64,000 bases of DNA, from assembly GCF_018350175.1 (NCBI RefSeq), contig NC_058368.1:93746001-93810000 (forward strand), read 5' to 3'. The position numbers and the translations under genes are program-made. Below are positions 40,651 to 52,260 of this stretch, in pieces (the stretch's first letter is position 1; each line of letters starts with the position of its first letter). The notes under the pieces are model-generated. The model searched no databases, was not told where the DNA came from, and was given only the letters and a program-made list of their open reading frames with translations. This DNA is from Felis catus (Eukaryota).

Positions 40651-40772
40651 TGATTTTTTAGTTTTTCTGCTGTGCGTATAAACTCCGCTTTTTTTGTCCG
40701 ATTAACTTTCTGCTTCCAGTTTTGAAGCTGAAAAGGACGAATCCCACCTGAAGTACCAAGACAGCTATCATT
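40651..40772 (-). CDS. CCDC112: CCDC112 coding exon 2
   Basis: cgtag|AAT; NDSCLGTSGGIRPFQLQNWKQKVNRTKKAEFIRTAEKLKN(Q); 122 nt; donor CA|GTAAGT. Confidence 0.93.
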
Positions 40773-40999
40773 CTACGTGGAGAACAAAACCAAATTTAGG
40801 GTAAGAGGTGAAGGCAGAGTTTCTTTCAGAGACATAGCGTCAATAATGAAGTTTCTCTCAGGGGATAACTTGGGGGCTGATCTTATTTAATTTTTAGAAA
40901 TATATTTTGTGGAAGAAGGAATATCTTACCTTAAAATGCTGAATTACTGAGTAGGAAATGTTAAGTCTCCAGGGATTCCTACAGAAAGATCTAATTCTT

Positions 41000-41820
41000 C
41001 CATTCAGCCATTTAGCAATATATATTGAACACTTAACGATGTGACCTGTGGTGCACGAGACACCAGGGAAACAATGATGACCCACATGAATATGGCCCCA
41101 GCCTTAAAGTCTAGTGAGGGAAACAAATTTAAAAAGAAAAGAGTAAACAAGCAATAAAAAAAAAAAAAAAAAATCACCAATTGCAATAAGTGCTACTAAG
41201 GAAATAAAAAGTACTGAGATAGAGATAATGGGTCAAAAGGTTGTTTTTTCAGTTAGAATTAGAATGGCCACAGAAGTTCTATTTGGGGGGATGACATTGA
41301 AGACTGGAACCAGCCAGTAGGGAAAGAGGTCCCAGGGCGAGGCCCAGAATGTGAAAAAGCCCCAGGGCAAGAAAAGACCTCGGCTGGTTTCAGCAGAGAA
41401 AGGGCAACATGATATCAGAAAAGATGGAGAGCTTGGTACAAGATGAAGGTAGACGGGCAGGTATATCACATTGGCATTTTAAGTGACTTGGTGGGGGTGG
41501 AGGGGGATTCTGGAGTTTACTGGAGGGTTTTGAGCAGGAGAATACCATGATACATTTAATTTTTTAAGAAACTCTTTCTGGCCATTTTTGGAGAATAAAC
41601 TGGTGGGAGGTGGGGGTGGAGGTAAAGCAAGACTGGAAGCAGAAGGATCGAGGTGGTAGCTGGTGCAGCAATACAGATGAGGAACCGCGGTGTCTAGGAC
41701 CACTGGGGTGGCGGATATAAAAGGAAGAAAACTAAATACATTTTGGGTCTATAAACAAGAGGAATTGCTGACAGATTGATGTAGGAGATGAGAGAGAAAG
41801 GAAACAAGGCTTTACATGTC
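41000..41820. mobile_element. L2 LINE remnant
   Basis: ttcattcagccatttagcaatatatattgaacactta start; ggagggttttgagcaggagaatacc...atttaattttt; purine-rich L2 3'-part signature. Confidence 0.65.
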
Positions 41821-44800
41821 TAGCAGCAGACAAAACAAAAGTAAAGAATTTAGGAAATATTTTTTTCGTGGAGATATAGTTCAAATTACCATACAGTGTA
41901 CCGATCTAAAGTGTACAATTCAGGGTTTTTAGTATATTCACAAATGTGTGCAAGCATCACTACTATCTAAGTGCAGAAAATTTCCATCATACCAAAAAGA
42001 AACCCCATACCCATTAGGAGTCACTGCCCACCTGCCTTCCCCACAAGCCCCTGGCCACCATTCAATCTATTTTTGACTCCATGGATTTGTCTGTTCTGGA
42101 AAATTAATATAAATGGGATCATACAATGTGCAACCTCTTGTGTCTGGCTTCTTTCACACAGCATCTTTTCAATATTTACCCACACTGTACCATATATCTG
42201 TACTGTATTCCTTTTTATGGCTGAATAATATTCTATTATATGGATCTACCATATTTTGTTTATCTGCTCATCAGTTGATGGGTAACGGGCTACTTCCACT
42301 ATTTGGCCAACATGAATAATGCTACTATGAACATTTGTATACAAGTTTTAGTATGAATATGTTTTCTAACTCTCCTGGGCATACACCTTGCAAGGGAATT
42401 TTTGGATCATATGGTAACCCTATGTTTTACTTTCTCATTTTAAAAATTGGATTGTCTTTTCGTTGTTGAGTTGGAAACATTCTTTATATATTCTGGATAT
42501 ATCCTTATCAGATAAAAGACTTGCACATTTCCCCCCCCCCCATTTTCTTGATAACATCCTTCAAAGCACAAATGCTGTCAATTTTGATAATGTATTTGCT
42601 TGTGTATTCAATATCATATAGAAGAAACAATCAAAGGTCATGAAGACTCACACCTACACCTTTTTAAAGAGTTGTATAGTTTTATCTCTTAACATTTCAG
42701 TCTCCATCTATTTTGAGTTAATTTTTGCATATGGTGTATGTGGATATCCAGTTGTTCCAACACCACTTGCTGAAAAACATCTTCTTTCCTTATTGAATTA
42801 TCTTGACACCCTTGTTGAAAATCAATTGCCCATGAACATAGAGTTTACCTCTTAACTCTTTTTGATCTGTATGTCTTCTCTTTAATGCCAGTACCACACT
42901 GTTGATTACTGTAGCTTCATAATAAGTTTTGAAATCAAAAGTAGGGAGTCCTCCAAATTTGTTCTTCAAGACTGTCTTGGCTATTTTGCATCCCTTGCAT
43001 TTCCCATATGAATTTTAGGATCAGTTTATCAACTTATGCATAAAAAGGCAACAGAGATTTTCATAGGAATTGCACTGACTGTGTAAATCAATCTGGGGAG
43101 TATTGCCATTTTAACAATATTGAGTCTTCATATTCATGAACCTGAAATGGTCAATGATGTAGGTCTTCCTTACTTTCTTTCAACGATGTTTTTCAGTTTT
43201 CAGAGTATAAGTTTTGCACTTCTTTTGTTAAATTCATTCCTATGTATTTTCTTCTTGTGATACTACTGTAAATGGAATTATTTTCTTACTTGCATTTTTG
43301 AACTGTCCATTGCTAGCATATAGAATTACAACTGATTTTTGTTGACTGCTTTTTAATCCTTCAATCTTGCTGAATTTATTTGCTCTAGGAGTCTTTACAT
43401 GAATTCTTTAAAAATTTTTATATACAAAATCATGTCACCTGCAAATACGAATAGTTTCACATCTTCCTTTCCAGTTTGTTTTTCTTGCCTAATTGCCCTT
43501 GCTAGAATCTCCAGTGAATTAGTGGTGAGAATGTACATTCTTGTCTTGTTCCTGATCTTATGGGGGAAGCTTTTAATACTTTGTCATTAAGTATTATGTG
43601 AGCTGTGGGCATTTTATAGATGCCTTACCAGATTGAGGAGTTCCCTTTTATTGCTAGTTTGTTGAATATTTTTTATCATGAAAAAGTGTCAGATCTTGTC
43701 AGTTGCTCTTTCTAAATCTACTGAAATGATCATGTGGCTTGTCCTTTATTCTATTAATATACTCTATCACACTGATTGATTTTTATATGTTGAACCAACC
43801 TTGCATGTCTGGAACAAATCTCATTTGACCATGGTGCATAATCCTTTTTGTATGTTGTTAGATTTAGGTCGATAATATTTTGTTGGGGAATTCACATCTG
43901 TATTAAGAAATACTAGTCTGTTATTTTCTTCCTTGTAATGTCTTTGCCTGATTGTGTATCAGGGTAATCATAATGGTCCCACACAATGAGTTGAAAAATG
44001 CTCTCTCCTGTATTTTCTGAAAAAAGTTTGTTACAAACAAAAAAATGTTTATATTGACTTCTATATTTACCTCTCCACTTACTTCACCAGTACTCTTTAT
44101 TCATAATCTTCCTCAAGTAGATTTGAATTTCTATGTAGTCTTTTTATTTCAGTCTGAAAGACTTCCTTTAATATTTCTTGTAAGGCATATATGCTGGAAA
44201 TGAAGTCTGTTAGTTTATCTGGGAATGTCTCAATTTCTCCATTTTAGAGAATACTTTTGGTGGACATAGATTTCTTGACTGATAGTCCTTTTCTTTCAGC
44301 ACTTTGCATCATGCTACTGCCTTCTGGAATCCAAGGTTTCTGATGAGAAGTCAGCTGTTAATCTTATCGAAGATTCCTTGTATGTGTTCAGTTGCTTCTC
44401 CTTTGGTGCTTTCAAGATTTTTTTCTTTTTGTCTGTGTTTTTCAACAGTTTGATTATGATGTGTCTAGGTATGATCTCTTTGATTATTTCATTATGTACT
44501 CAGAGTTCATCAAGCTCTAAAATATGTAGAATATTTTTCATCAAATTTGGGGAGTTTTCAGCCATTATTTCTTCAAATATTCTGCCCCTCCCCATTTCTC
44601 TCTTCTCCTTCTGAGACTCTCAGTCTAACCTTCATGGTGTTTCATGGGGCTCTGAAGCTCTTTCACTTTTCTTCTTTTTTCCTTCTGTTCCTTAGTCTGG
44701 ATAATCTGAATTGACCTATCTTCACATTTCCTCTTTCTTCTGCCAGTTCAAATCTGATGTTCAGCCCCTTCGGTGAACTTTTCATTTGAGTTCTCATACT

Positions 44801-44954
44801 TTTTAACTCCAGAATTTCTATTTAATTTTTTTAAACAATTTAAATCTCTTTATAAGTATTTTTAATTTGGTGAGATATCATCCTCATACTTTCTTTTAGT
44901 TCTATAGCCATGGTTTCCTTTAGTTTTTTGAACAATTTAAAACTGCTTATTTAA

Positions 44955-45196
44955 TTAACAGAAAACCATGGGGACAGGGAAGAGGGAAAAAAGTTACAAA
45001 CAGAGAGGGAGGGAGGCAAACCGTAAGAAACTCTTAAATACAGAGAAAAAAACTGAGTGTTGATGGGGGGGGGGTGGGGGAGAGGGGAAAGTGGGTGATG
45101 GGCATTGAGGAGGGCACTTGTTGGGATGAGCACTAGGTATTATATGGAAGCCAATTTGACAATAAATTATACTTAAAAATAAAAAAGAAATAAATG
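44955..45196 (+). mobile_element. Carnivore L1 3' UTR fragment
   Basis: Same 3' UTR family as the 56318 element (gagggcacttgttgggatgagcactagg...gacaataaa), A-rich tail, perfect 15-bp TSD AAACTGCTTATTTAA at 44940-44954 and 45197-45211. Confidence 0.9.
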
Positions 45197-45505
45197 AAAC
45201 TGCTTATTTAAAAGTCTTTGTCTATTATTTTATCTAGTTTTCCTTTGCACGTCTCATAATTTTTTTTGTTAAAAACTTGACGTTTAGGGGTACCTGGGTG
45301 GCTCAGTCAACTGAGCATCCCAACTCTTGATATGGGCTCGGGTGGTGATCTCACAGTCAAGAGATCGAGTCCTGCTATGGGCTCCTCACTGAACTGGATC
45401 CTGCTTGGGATTCTCTCTCTCTCCCTCTCTCATTGCCCCTCCCCCACTTGCATACATTCTCTCTCTCTCTCAAAATAAATAAACATTAAAAAAAACCTTC
45501 ACTTT

Positions 45506-45831
45506 CCATTTGCAACTATGTGGATGGAACTAGAGGGTATCATGCTAGGCGAAATTAGTCAGAGAAAGACAAATATCATATGACTTCACTCATGAGGACT
45601 TTATGACACAGAACAGATGAACACAGGGAAAGGGAAGCAAAAAATATATAAAAACAGGGAAAGGGACAAAAACATAAGAGACTCTTAAATATGGAGACAA
45701 ACAGAGGGTTAATGGAGGGGTTGTGGGAGAGGGATAGGCTAAATGGGTAAGAGGCATTAAGGAATCTGCTCCTGAAATCATTGTTGCACCATATGCTAAC
45801 TAACTTGGACGTAATTTTTTTTAAGAAAGAA

Positions 45832-45867
<36 letters not shown>

Positions 45868-45882
45868 AAAGAAAAGAAAAGA
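45506..45882 (+). mobile_element. 5'-truncated carnivore L1 (end of ORF2 + 3' UTR) with (AAAG)n tail
   Basis: ccatttgcaactatgtggatggaactagagggtatcatgctaggcgaaattagtcag encodes PFATMWMELEGIMLGEISQ, the L1 ORF2 terminus. Confidence 0.88.
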
Positions 45883-46101
45883 GTAACTTTGGAGAGAATG
45901 GGATATAAATATCCTATTAACAGCAAGAACAAAACATTGGGAATTAACTTAATAAAAATACATAAAATCTACATGAAGAAAACTATAAAAGGATGTTAAA
46001 ATATACTTAAAATTAAAAGTAGATTTTTTTTGGAAATGAAAAAAAAGCTACCATATTTATGAATGAGAAGCCTAAATATTTTTAAACGTGTTTTCTTCAT
46101 G

Positions 46102-46182
46102 AAATATTTGTCAATTTCTTCTCATTCCAAATATTTGTCAATTCCTTTTCATTCCAAATACTTATCAATTTCTTTTCATTCC
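46102..46182. repeat. 27-bp minisatellite, 3 copies
   Basis: aaatatttgtcaatttcttctcattcc / aaatatttgtcaattccttttcattcc / aaatacttatcaatttcttttcattcc. Confidence 0.9.
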
Positions 46183-46597
46183 ACTAAAAATGTCATTTTG
46201 GTAAAACAAAACAAAACAAAACAAAACACAAAACCCCTTGACTTTTAAAAAATGTATTATTTGGTAGCTCTGAATATGAGATTTTCTTCCATGCCCAACA
46301 TGTGTTGTTGTTGCCCTTTGTTTAGTCACCTTCCTGAACTAATCCTGTGAAGTCTGTACTCTGTGAGGCAGTTAGCTCAGCTGTCACCTGACGGTTGGCT
46401 GGTCAGAATGTTTCCTAGATGCCATGAACCAGTTTGCCTCCCAGCCTTTGCTGACGTGGTCTGTGTGCGTGGCAGGACATACTGTCACCCCTCAGGCGGA
46501 GAGTTTACAAGTCAACCTTAGTCTTCACTCGTCACCTGCACGGAGCTTCAAGGTTGGCCAACCATGAAAGCGTAGGGCCTTCTCACGCCCTTCCCTG

Positions 46598-47072
46598 GTG
46601 TATTAGTTTCCTACTGCTACTGTAACAGCTCACCACGAATCACTTTCACACAACCTCCCTGGCTTAACACAAATTTATTCTCCTCCAGTTCTGGAGGCCA
46701 AGTGTATGTTAAGGTGTGGACAAGTTTGTGTTCCTCCTGGAAGGCTTCAGAGGAAAATCTACTTCCATACTTCCTATAGGTTCTTAAAAGCTACCTTCAG
46801 CCTTGGCTCATGCCACTTTCTCATGTCACTTCTTCCTCTTGCTTCCACTCTCCCATCTCCTACTGCTGGCTCTGGTCCTTCTACATTCCTGTTATAAGGA
46901 CCCTGGTGAACACATTAGGCTCAACCATTTAATCCAGGATAATCTCCCCATTTTAAGATCAGTAATTCAATCACATCTGCCAAGTCCCTTTTACCATGTA
47001 AGGTCACATAGTCACAAGTACTGGGGATTAGAATGTGAATGTCCTTGGAGAGCCAAGATTCAGCCTACCACA
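46598..47072 (-). mobile_element. MLT1-type MaLR solo LTR
   Basis: tgtattagtttcctactgctactgtaac...tttattctcctccagttctggaggcc...ttataaggaccctggtga...atccaggataatctcccc. Confidence 0.8.
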
Positions 47073-48300
47073 CCTGAACACGGACATAACCCTATGCATG
47101 TGTGTGATTTTCTCTTCTTTTTTTTTTAAGATTTTTTTTAATGTTTATTTATTTTTGAGAGAAAGAGAAAAAGACAGAAGGTGAGCAAGGGGAGGGGTAA
47201 AGAGAGAGGGAGACACAGAATCCTAAGCAGGCTCCAGGCTCTGAGCTGTCAGCACAGAGCCCGATGTGGGGCTCAAACTCATAAACCACAAGATCATGAC
47301 CTAAGCTGAAGTCAGATGCTTAACCAACTGAGCCACTCAGGTGCTCCTTTTTAAGGTTTTTTTTTTTAAGTTTATTTAGGGCACCTGGGTGGCTCAGTCG
47401 GTTAAGCGTCTGACTTCAGCTCAGGTCATGATCTCGTGTTCCGTGAGTTAGAGCCCCATGTTGGGCTCTGTGCTGACAGCTCAGAGCCTGGAGCCTGCTT
47501 TGGATTCTGTGTCTCCCTCTCTCCCTCCCTGACTCATCTCTCTCTCTGTCTCTCTCAAAAGTAAATAAACATTAAAAAATTTTTAAAAAGTTTATTTATT
47601 TATTTTGAGAAACAGAGTGTGCAAATGCGAACAGGGCAGGGGCAGAAACAGAATGAGAATCTCAAGCAGGCTCGGCACTGCCAGCACAGAACCCAATGGA
47701 GTGGGGAGGGGGAGGCGGGCTTCATTCCACGAACAGTGAGATCACGACTTGAGCCGAGATCAAGAGTCAGAAGCTCAACAGACTGAGCTACCCAGGTGCC
47801 CAGCATGTGTGTGATTGTCTAGAGGAAATCCCTTTTGAGTAATCATTTAAAGTCAGAGAAGGAATGTGCTTCTTACCAAAGGACTACTCCAAGCAGCCAA
47901 AGGCCATAATGTTTAGGCCATCAGAGGGAAGGTCACTGAAGAAACAAAACAAAACAGAAGACACAGCCCTTTCCTGGTAAAAGCAGAGACATACGCTAGT
48001 GTGATACTGTTACAGATACCTTTAAAAACTCATCATTCGTCTATTAAACTGATTAAGAGGGAAACGGCATTTGAGAGGAGGGTAGACAGATTTGTGGTAT
48101 TCAGTGCTGAAAGGCATCGGTGAGGATTATCAAGAAATAATATACAGATATTAGAAAGGATAGACAGGTGACATTATTACTTTTTGTTACGGGTAAGAAA
48201 TTTATAGGGTTCCACACCCTAAGGAGGTTGTAGAATAAAGTACGATACAAACTGTTTCTAAAACTTCAAAGAGAATTTCTCCAAAATAACATAAAGGAAC

Positions 48301-48925
48301 CGTTATGGACTGACTTATGTCCCTCCTAAATTCATATAGTGGAGCCCTAACCCCCTTTGTGACTATATTTGGAGATAAGGCCTTTGAGGAGGTAATTAAA
48401 GTTAAATGAGATCATAAGGGTGGGGTCCTATTCCAAAAGGACTAGTGTCCTTATAAGAAGAGGAAGAGACTGGGCGCCTGGGTGTCTTAGTTGGTTGAGT
48501 GTTTGACTTCAGCTCAGGTCATGATCTCGCGGTTCGTGGGTTCGAGCATCGCATCGGGCTCTGTGCTGACAGTTCAGAGCCTGGAGCCTGCTTCACATTC
48601 CGTGTCTCTTTCACTCTCTCTCTGCCCCTACCCCCGCTCATGCTCTGTCTCTCAAAAATAAACATTTAAAAATATTAAAAAAAAAAAAAAGAAAGAGGAA
48701 GAGACATTGGTGATCTCTCTCTGTCACTGCATGTGCACAGAGGAAAGGCCATGTAAGGACACATGAGAAGGCAGCTGTCTACAAGCCAAGAAAAGAGCTC
48801 ACACCAGAAACCAATACTGGTGGTACCTTGATCTCGGACTTCTGGCCTCCAGAATTGTGAGGAAAGTAATTTCTGTTGTTGAAACCACGCAGTCTGTGGT
48901 ATTTTGCCACGGCAGCCCTAACGGA
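48301..48925 (+). mobile_element. MLT1-type LTR interrupted by a CAN-SINE (48472-48690)
   Basis: ttatggactga...tcatat...gccctaaccccc start and gtggtattttgccacggcagccc end; SINE flanked by aagaggaagagac TSD. Confidence 0.85.
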
Positions 48926-49299
48926 CCCAGAGAGGAATTTTAGATATTTAAGTGAACCTCTCCTACATGATGAGGTTGTCATTAGGAAAATTACATCTCT
49001 TCAAGAAAGCATTAGTTGGTTTTACTATTAGAGTCACTAGAAATATTCACTTAATCATATGACAAATATTCAAGTTCAGTGTTAGGCTGAGAATCTGCGT
49101 GCATAGGTACGTGTGTGGTATACTGAAGGAAGTACGAAGATGGGTAACACATAATTAAAATCCTCCAAAACCTCACAATTTGGTACGGCAATGACCGTAA
49201 TTCCTTTTTAAAAGTCCAAACACCCTTGGATTCTACTCTATCAGTGCTGTCATCATCAACTGTGAGGCTCTACCCTTCCAAGTGATGAGAGCATATAAA

Positions 49300-49460
49300 G
49301 CAGGGTGTCTCAACCTCAACACTCTGACATTTTGGACTAGATAATTTTTCGTTTGGGCAGGGGGGGTGGCTGTCCTTTGGCCTCTGCCCACTAGTAGTAC
49401 ACACAGCACCTACCCCGGTGTGACAACCAAAAATGTCTTAAGACATCGCTAAATGTCGGG
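49300..49460 (-). mobile_element. Partial MER20
   Basis: cagggtgtctcaacctcaacactctgacattttggactagataattttt...tgtgacaaccaaaaatgtct. Confidence 0.7.
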
Positions 49461-49969
49461 AACAGATAAAACACCTGAAACAGCTCCACAGGTGACTCTG
49501 ATCCAACCCCTGGAAAGGCAAATCTCTGGGGATCATCATGGTAGCGTGATAAAAAGGCTCATCAATTAACAGTATTAGGCAACTTGTGAAAAATGCAAAT
49601 CAGGAGGCAAAACATGGTTATAAGAATTTAGAGAACAAATCACTTTGAACTAGAATGAGCCAGAAAGATTTCATGGAAAAAGCCAGCAAGATGGCTACAC
49701 TACTAGGATCACGCATGAAACAAATTTTTAAAAATTATTCAATAAATATTTCCTGTGTTATGTATTTTTATAAATTTTACATCCCCCCCCCCCCCAAGAT
49801 CTCTGGGCCAGAGTTAGAATAATAAACAGAATTGCTGTGTGAAAACATTTGCCTGAGGTGGAATTTCCTGAGCTTATACAAGTAAAGACAGATAATCGCT
49901 GTATTTCCTTAGAGGAAGAAAATGATGGTACCTGTCCTCAGCTCACAACAGCCTTCCCTCAGTTTTGGA

Positions 49970-50790
49970 TCGATCCTCAAATATTTAGGGAGTGCCTACT
50001 ACGTTCCAGGACTACACACGATAGTGGACCTGGGAACACAATAGTGAATAAAACTTCCAAAAGTTTCTGCCCTCATACAGCTTATGTTCCCACGGTGGGG
50101 GCGGACGTGTGGAGAAAAATGAAAATATGTAAGGTAGCATACGGTAATAAGGGCTATGGAGCAAAATAAAACCAGGAAAGGGAATAGGGCATATGCTAAC
50201 TAAAGAGATTCGGTTTCGGGAGGTTATGAAAAGAATCACTGAGCTGATGGCATCTGAACAGAGTTACCTGGAAGGAACACAGTTAGCCATAGAACAGACC
50301 GGGAACAGCATTCCAAACAGAGGGAATAGCAATTACAAAGGTAATAAAGTAGGAGAGTGCTAGGAATGTCTGAGGGACAACCAGGAGGCCAGGATGGCTG
50401 CAGCCAACTCACAGCAGGGGACTGGAGAAGAAGTCCAGAGAAGAAGAAGAGCAGAAGAGAGATGGTGGGGGTAACTCATGGGCCCTGTAGACAATGATAA
50501 GGACCTTGGCTTTTACTATGAGGGTTCTGAGCAGAAGAATGTCATTATTGGCCTGAATCGCCCTGGCTGTTGAAAATACTTTAGGAAGGCAAGGCTGTTA
50601 GAACACAAACCAATTAGGAAAGTATTTCAGCCAGGGAGAAATGATGGTGGGGACAAGGGCAGTGGCACTGGAGGTGTTAAGAGTGGGATTCTGGATTTAT
50701 TCCGCAGCTAGAACATGGAGGAACTGCCCATGCTTTTGGGTGTGGGCTGTGAGAGAACGAGCGCAGTTAAGGGCTTTGGCTTAAGCAACT
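49970..50790. mobile_element. L2 LINE remnant (another at ~52700-53500)
   Basis: caaatatttagggagtgcctactacgttccagg...cattccaaacagagggaatagc...gagggttctgagcagaagaatg. Confidence 0.65.
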
Positions 50791-51049
50791 GGATCCAATA
50801 ATTCCCGAGGACCCTCTGGTCCTCCCTGCAGAGAAAAGGATCCTATATGCAGATCTCTGGAAACACATCTGCCTCGGACCACCCCATATTTATTCCTCCT
50901 TGTATTCCCGGCGCAGGTACAATAACAAAGCAGCCACCAATTACTTGGCACCGAATCTCTCTCAAACCAAGCACTGTGCGAGGGCCTTCCCACACATAAG
51001 GACCACTGCTCGGTAAGATGCAATGACCAGATCCAGTTTTTCGAGAAGG

Positions 51050-52260
51050 CACTGAGTCGCGGAGAGAATATGTTCCCCTCACAGGGCTAAGAAGAGGCAG
51101 AGCCAGGGCTTCCACCCAGATCTTCCCTCGACTCCGAAACCACATGGAGGTAGCTCTGTAAAAGCAGATAAACGCACACGCCAAAAGCGCACAACGCCCG
51201 GCGTGGGCCAGACCGCGAGCAAAGGGAGGCTAACACCGCGCCTCCCGCCTCGGGTACCGTGCTGCCTAGGACACCTGTTCGGCGAGGGCCGGGTCCCCGT
51301 CCCGCCCCCGGCACCCACATCCCCTCGGGCCCACGCTCGCCGCCAGAGAGGCTTCCGGCCCTCCTCGATTTACCTGTTGCGGCACCGCCGCTGCTCCCAT
51401 GCCGCTCCCGGTGGCCGCGCCCGCCCCCGCCACAGCCCCGGCTACCGCGGTGGCCGCCGCGGCCACCACGACCGTCGTCAGGGCGGCCATCTTTCCTCGC
51501 CAAGCTGTTCGGGCCGCAGCGGCCACCCGGGCCAGAGGGTTCGGGCCACGGGAGCTCCTGGTCCTGCAGACCGTTCCCCGTGCAACGGAGCTCTTCTGGA
51601 AGCAGAGCAAGACCTAGCCGGGACGCAGGGAGGGGCCGAGATGTGGGGCGGGGCCGGGGATCAGGGCGGAGCCGGAGCACGGGGTAGGCAGGGGGTGGGT
51701 ACTGAGGGCAGGGCGGGACCGAGGGCAGGGCGGGGCTGGGGCATGGGGCGGGGCCGAGGTGCGGGCGGTGCCGAGGAGCAGGGTGGGGAAGGGGAGCATG
51801 GGGCGGGGCCAAGGGCTGGGCAGGGCCGAGATGTGGGGCAGGGCCTGGACTGGGCTGGGCCGGGATGCAAGGAAGGGCCGAGCTGGGCGGGGCTGGATCT
51901 CAGGGTGGGGTAGGAGCTCTGGCCTGGCGGGAGCGCAGACGGGGTTGAGAGATGGGGTAGGGCCAGTGCGCAGGGTGGGTCAGGCAGGGGCCGGGTCAAG
52001 GTGTGGGGCGGGGCCAGAGCGCGGGACCGAGGCGCCCCTAGCAGCCGCGTGGGGCAGGGTGGAGGTGGAGACTGGGCGGGATGCAGGGCGGGGCCGGAAT
52101 GCGGACTGAGCTGGGCCAGAGTGCAGGCAGGGAGGGACCTGGGTATCTTCAGGGCGCGGCCGGATTACAGGTGTGGGCGGAGCAAGGGACGGGGTGGAGG
52201 AAAGGGGCGGGGCCTGAGTGAGGGGCGGGGCTACAGGCCAGAGCCTCACTATGCTACTGC
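51050..52260 (-). promoter_or_regulatory. CpG island / GC-box-rich promoter of CCDC112
   Basis: CpG-dense region over exon 1, with many GGGGCGGGG(CC) Sp/KLF boxes at 51640-52230. Confidence 0.85.
51374..51490 (-). CDS. CCDC112: CCDC112 coding exon 1 (coiled-coil domain-containing protein 112)
   Basis: ATG in strong Kozak context (AAGATGG); MAALTTVVVAAAATAVAGAVAGAGAATGSGMGAAAVPQQ, 117 nt; donor CAG|GTAAAT; CpG island. Confidence 0.92.

Larger units (their letters stand above)
41865..46570 (-). mobile_element. Old, degenerate LINE-1 (L1M-type) in CCDC112 intron 1, interrupted by younger insertions at 44955-45196 and 45287-46245
   Basis: T-rich + strand with L1M 3'-end-like text at 41865 (gagatatagttcaaattaccatac...aaagtgtacaattcag) and decayed antisense ORF2-like sequence; no intact ORF. 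Confidence 0.8.

Noticed and set aside
51491..51610. In-frame open extension upstream of the CCDC112 ATG from a non-AUG codon
   Set aside because: GC-rich and stop-poor, no AUG, probably partly upstream of the TSS; the ATG at 51490 has strong Kozak context.
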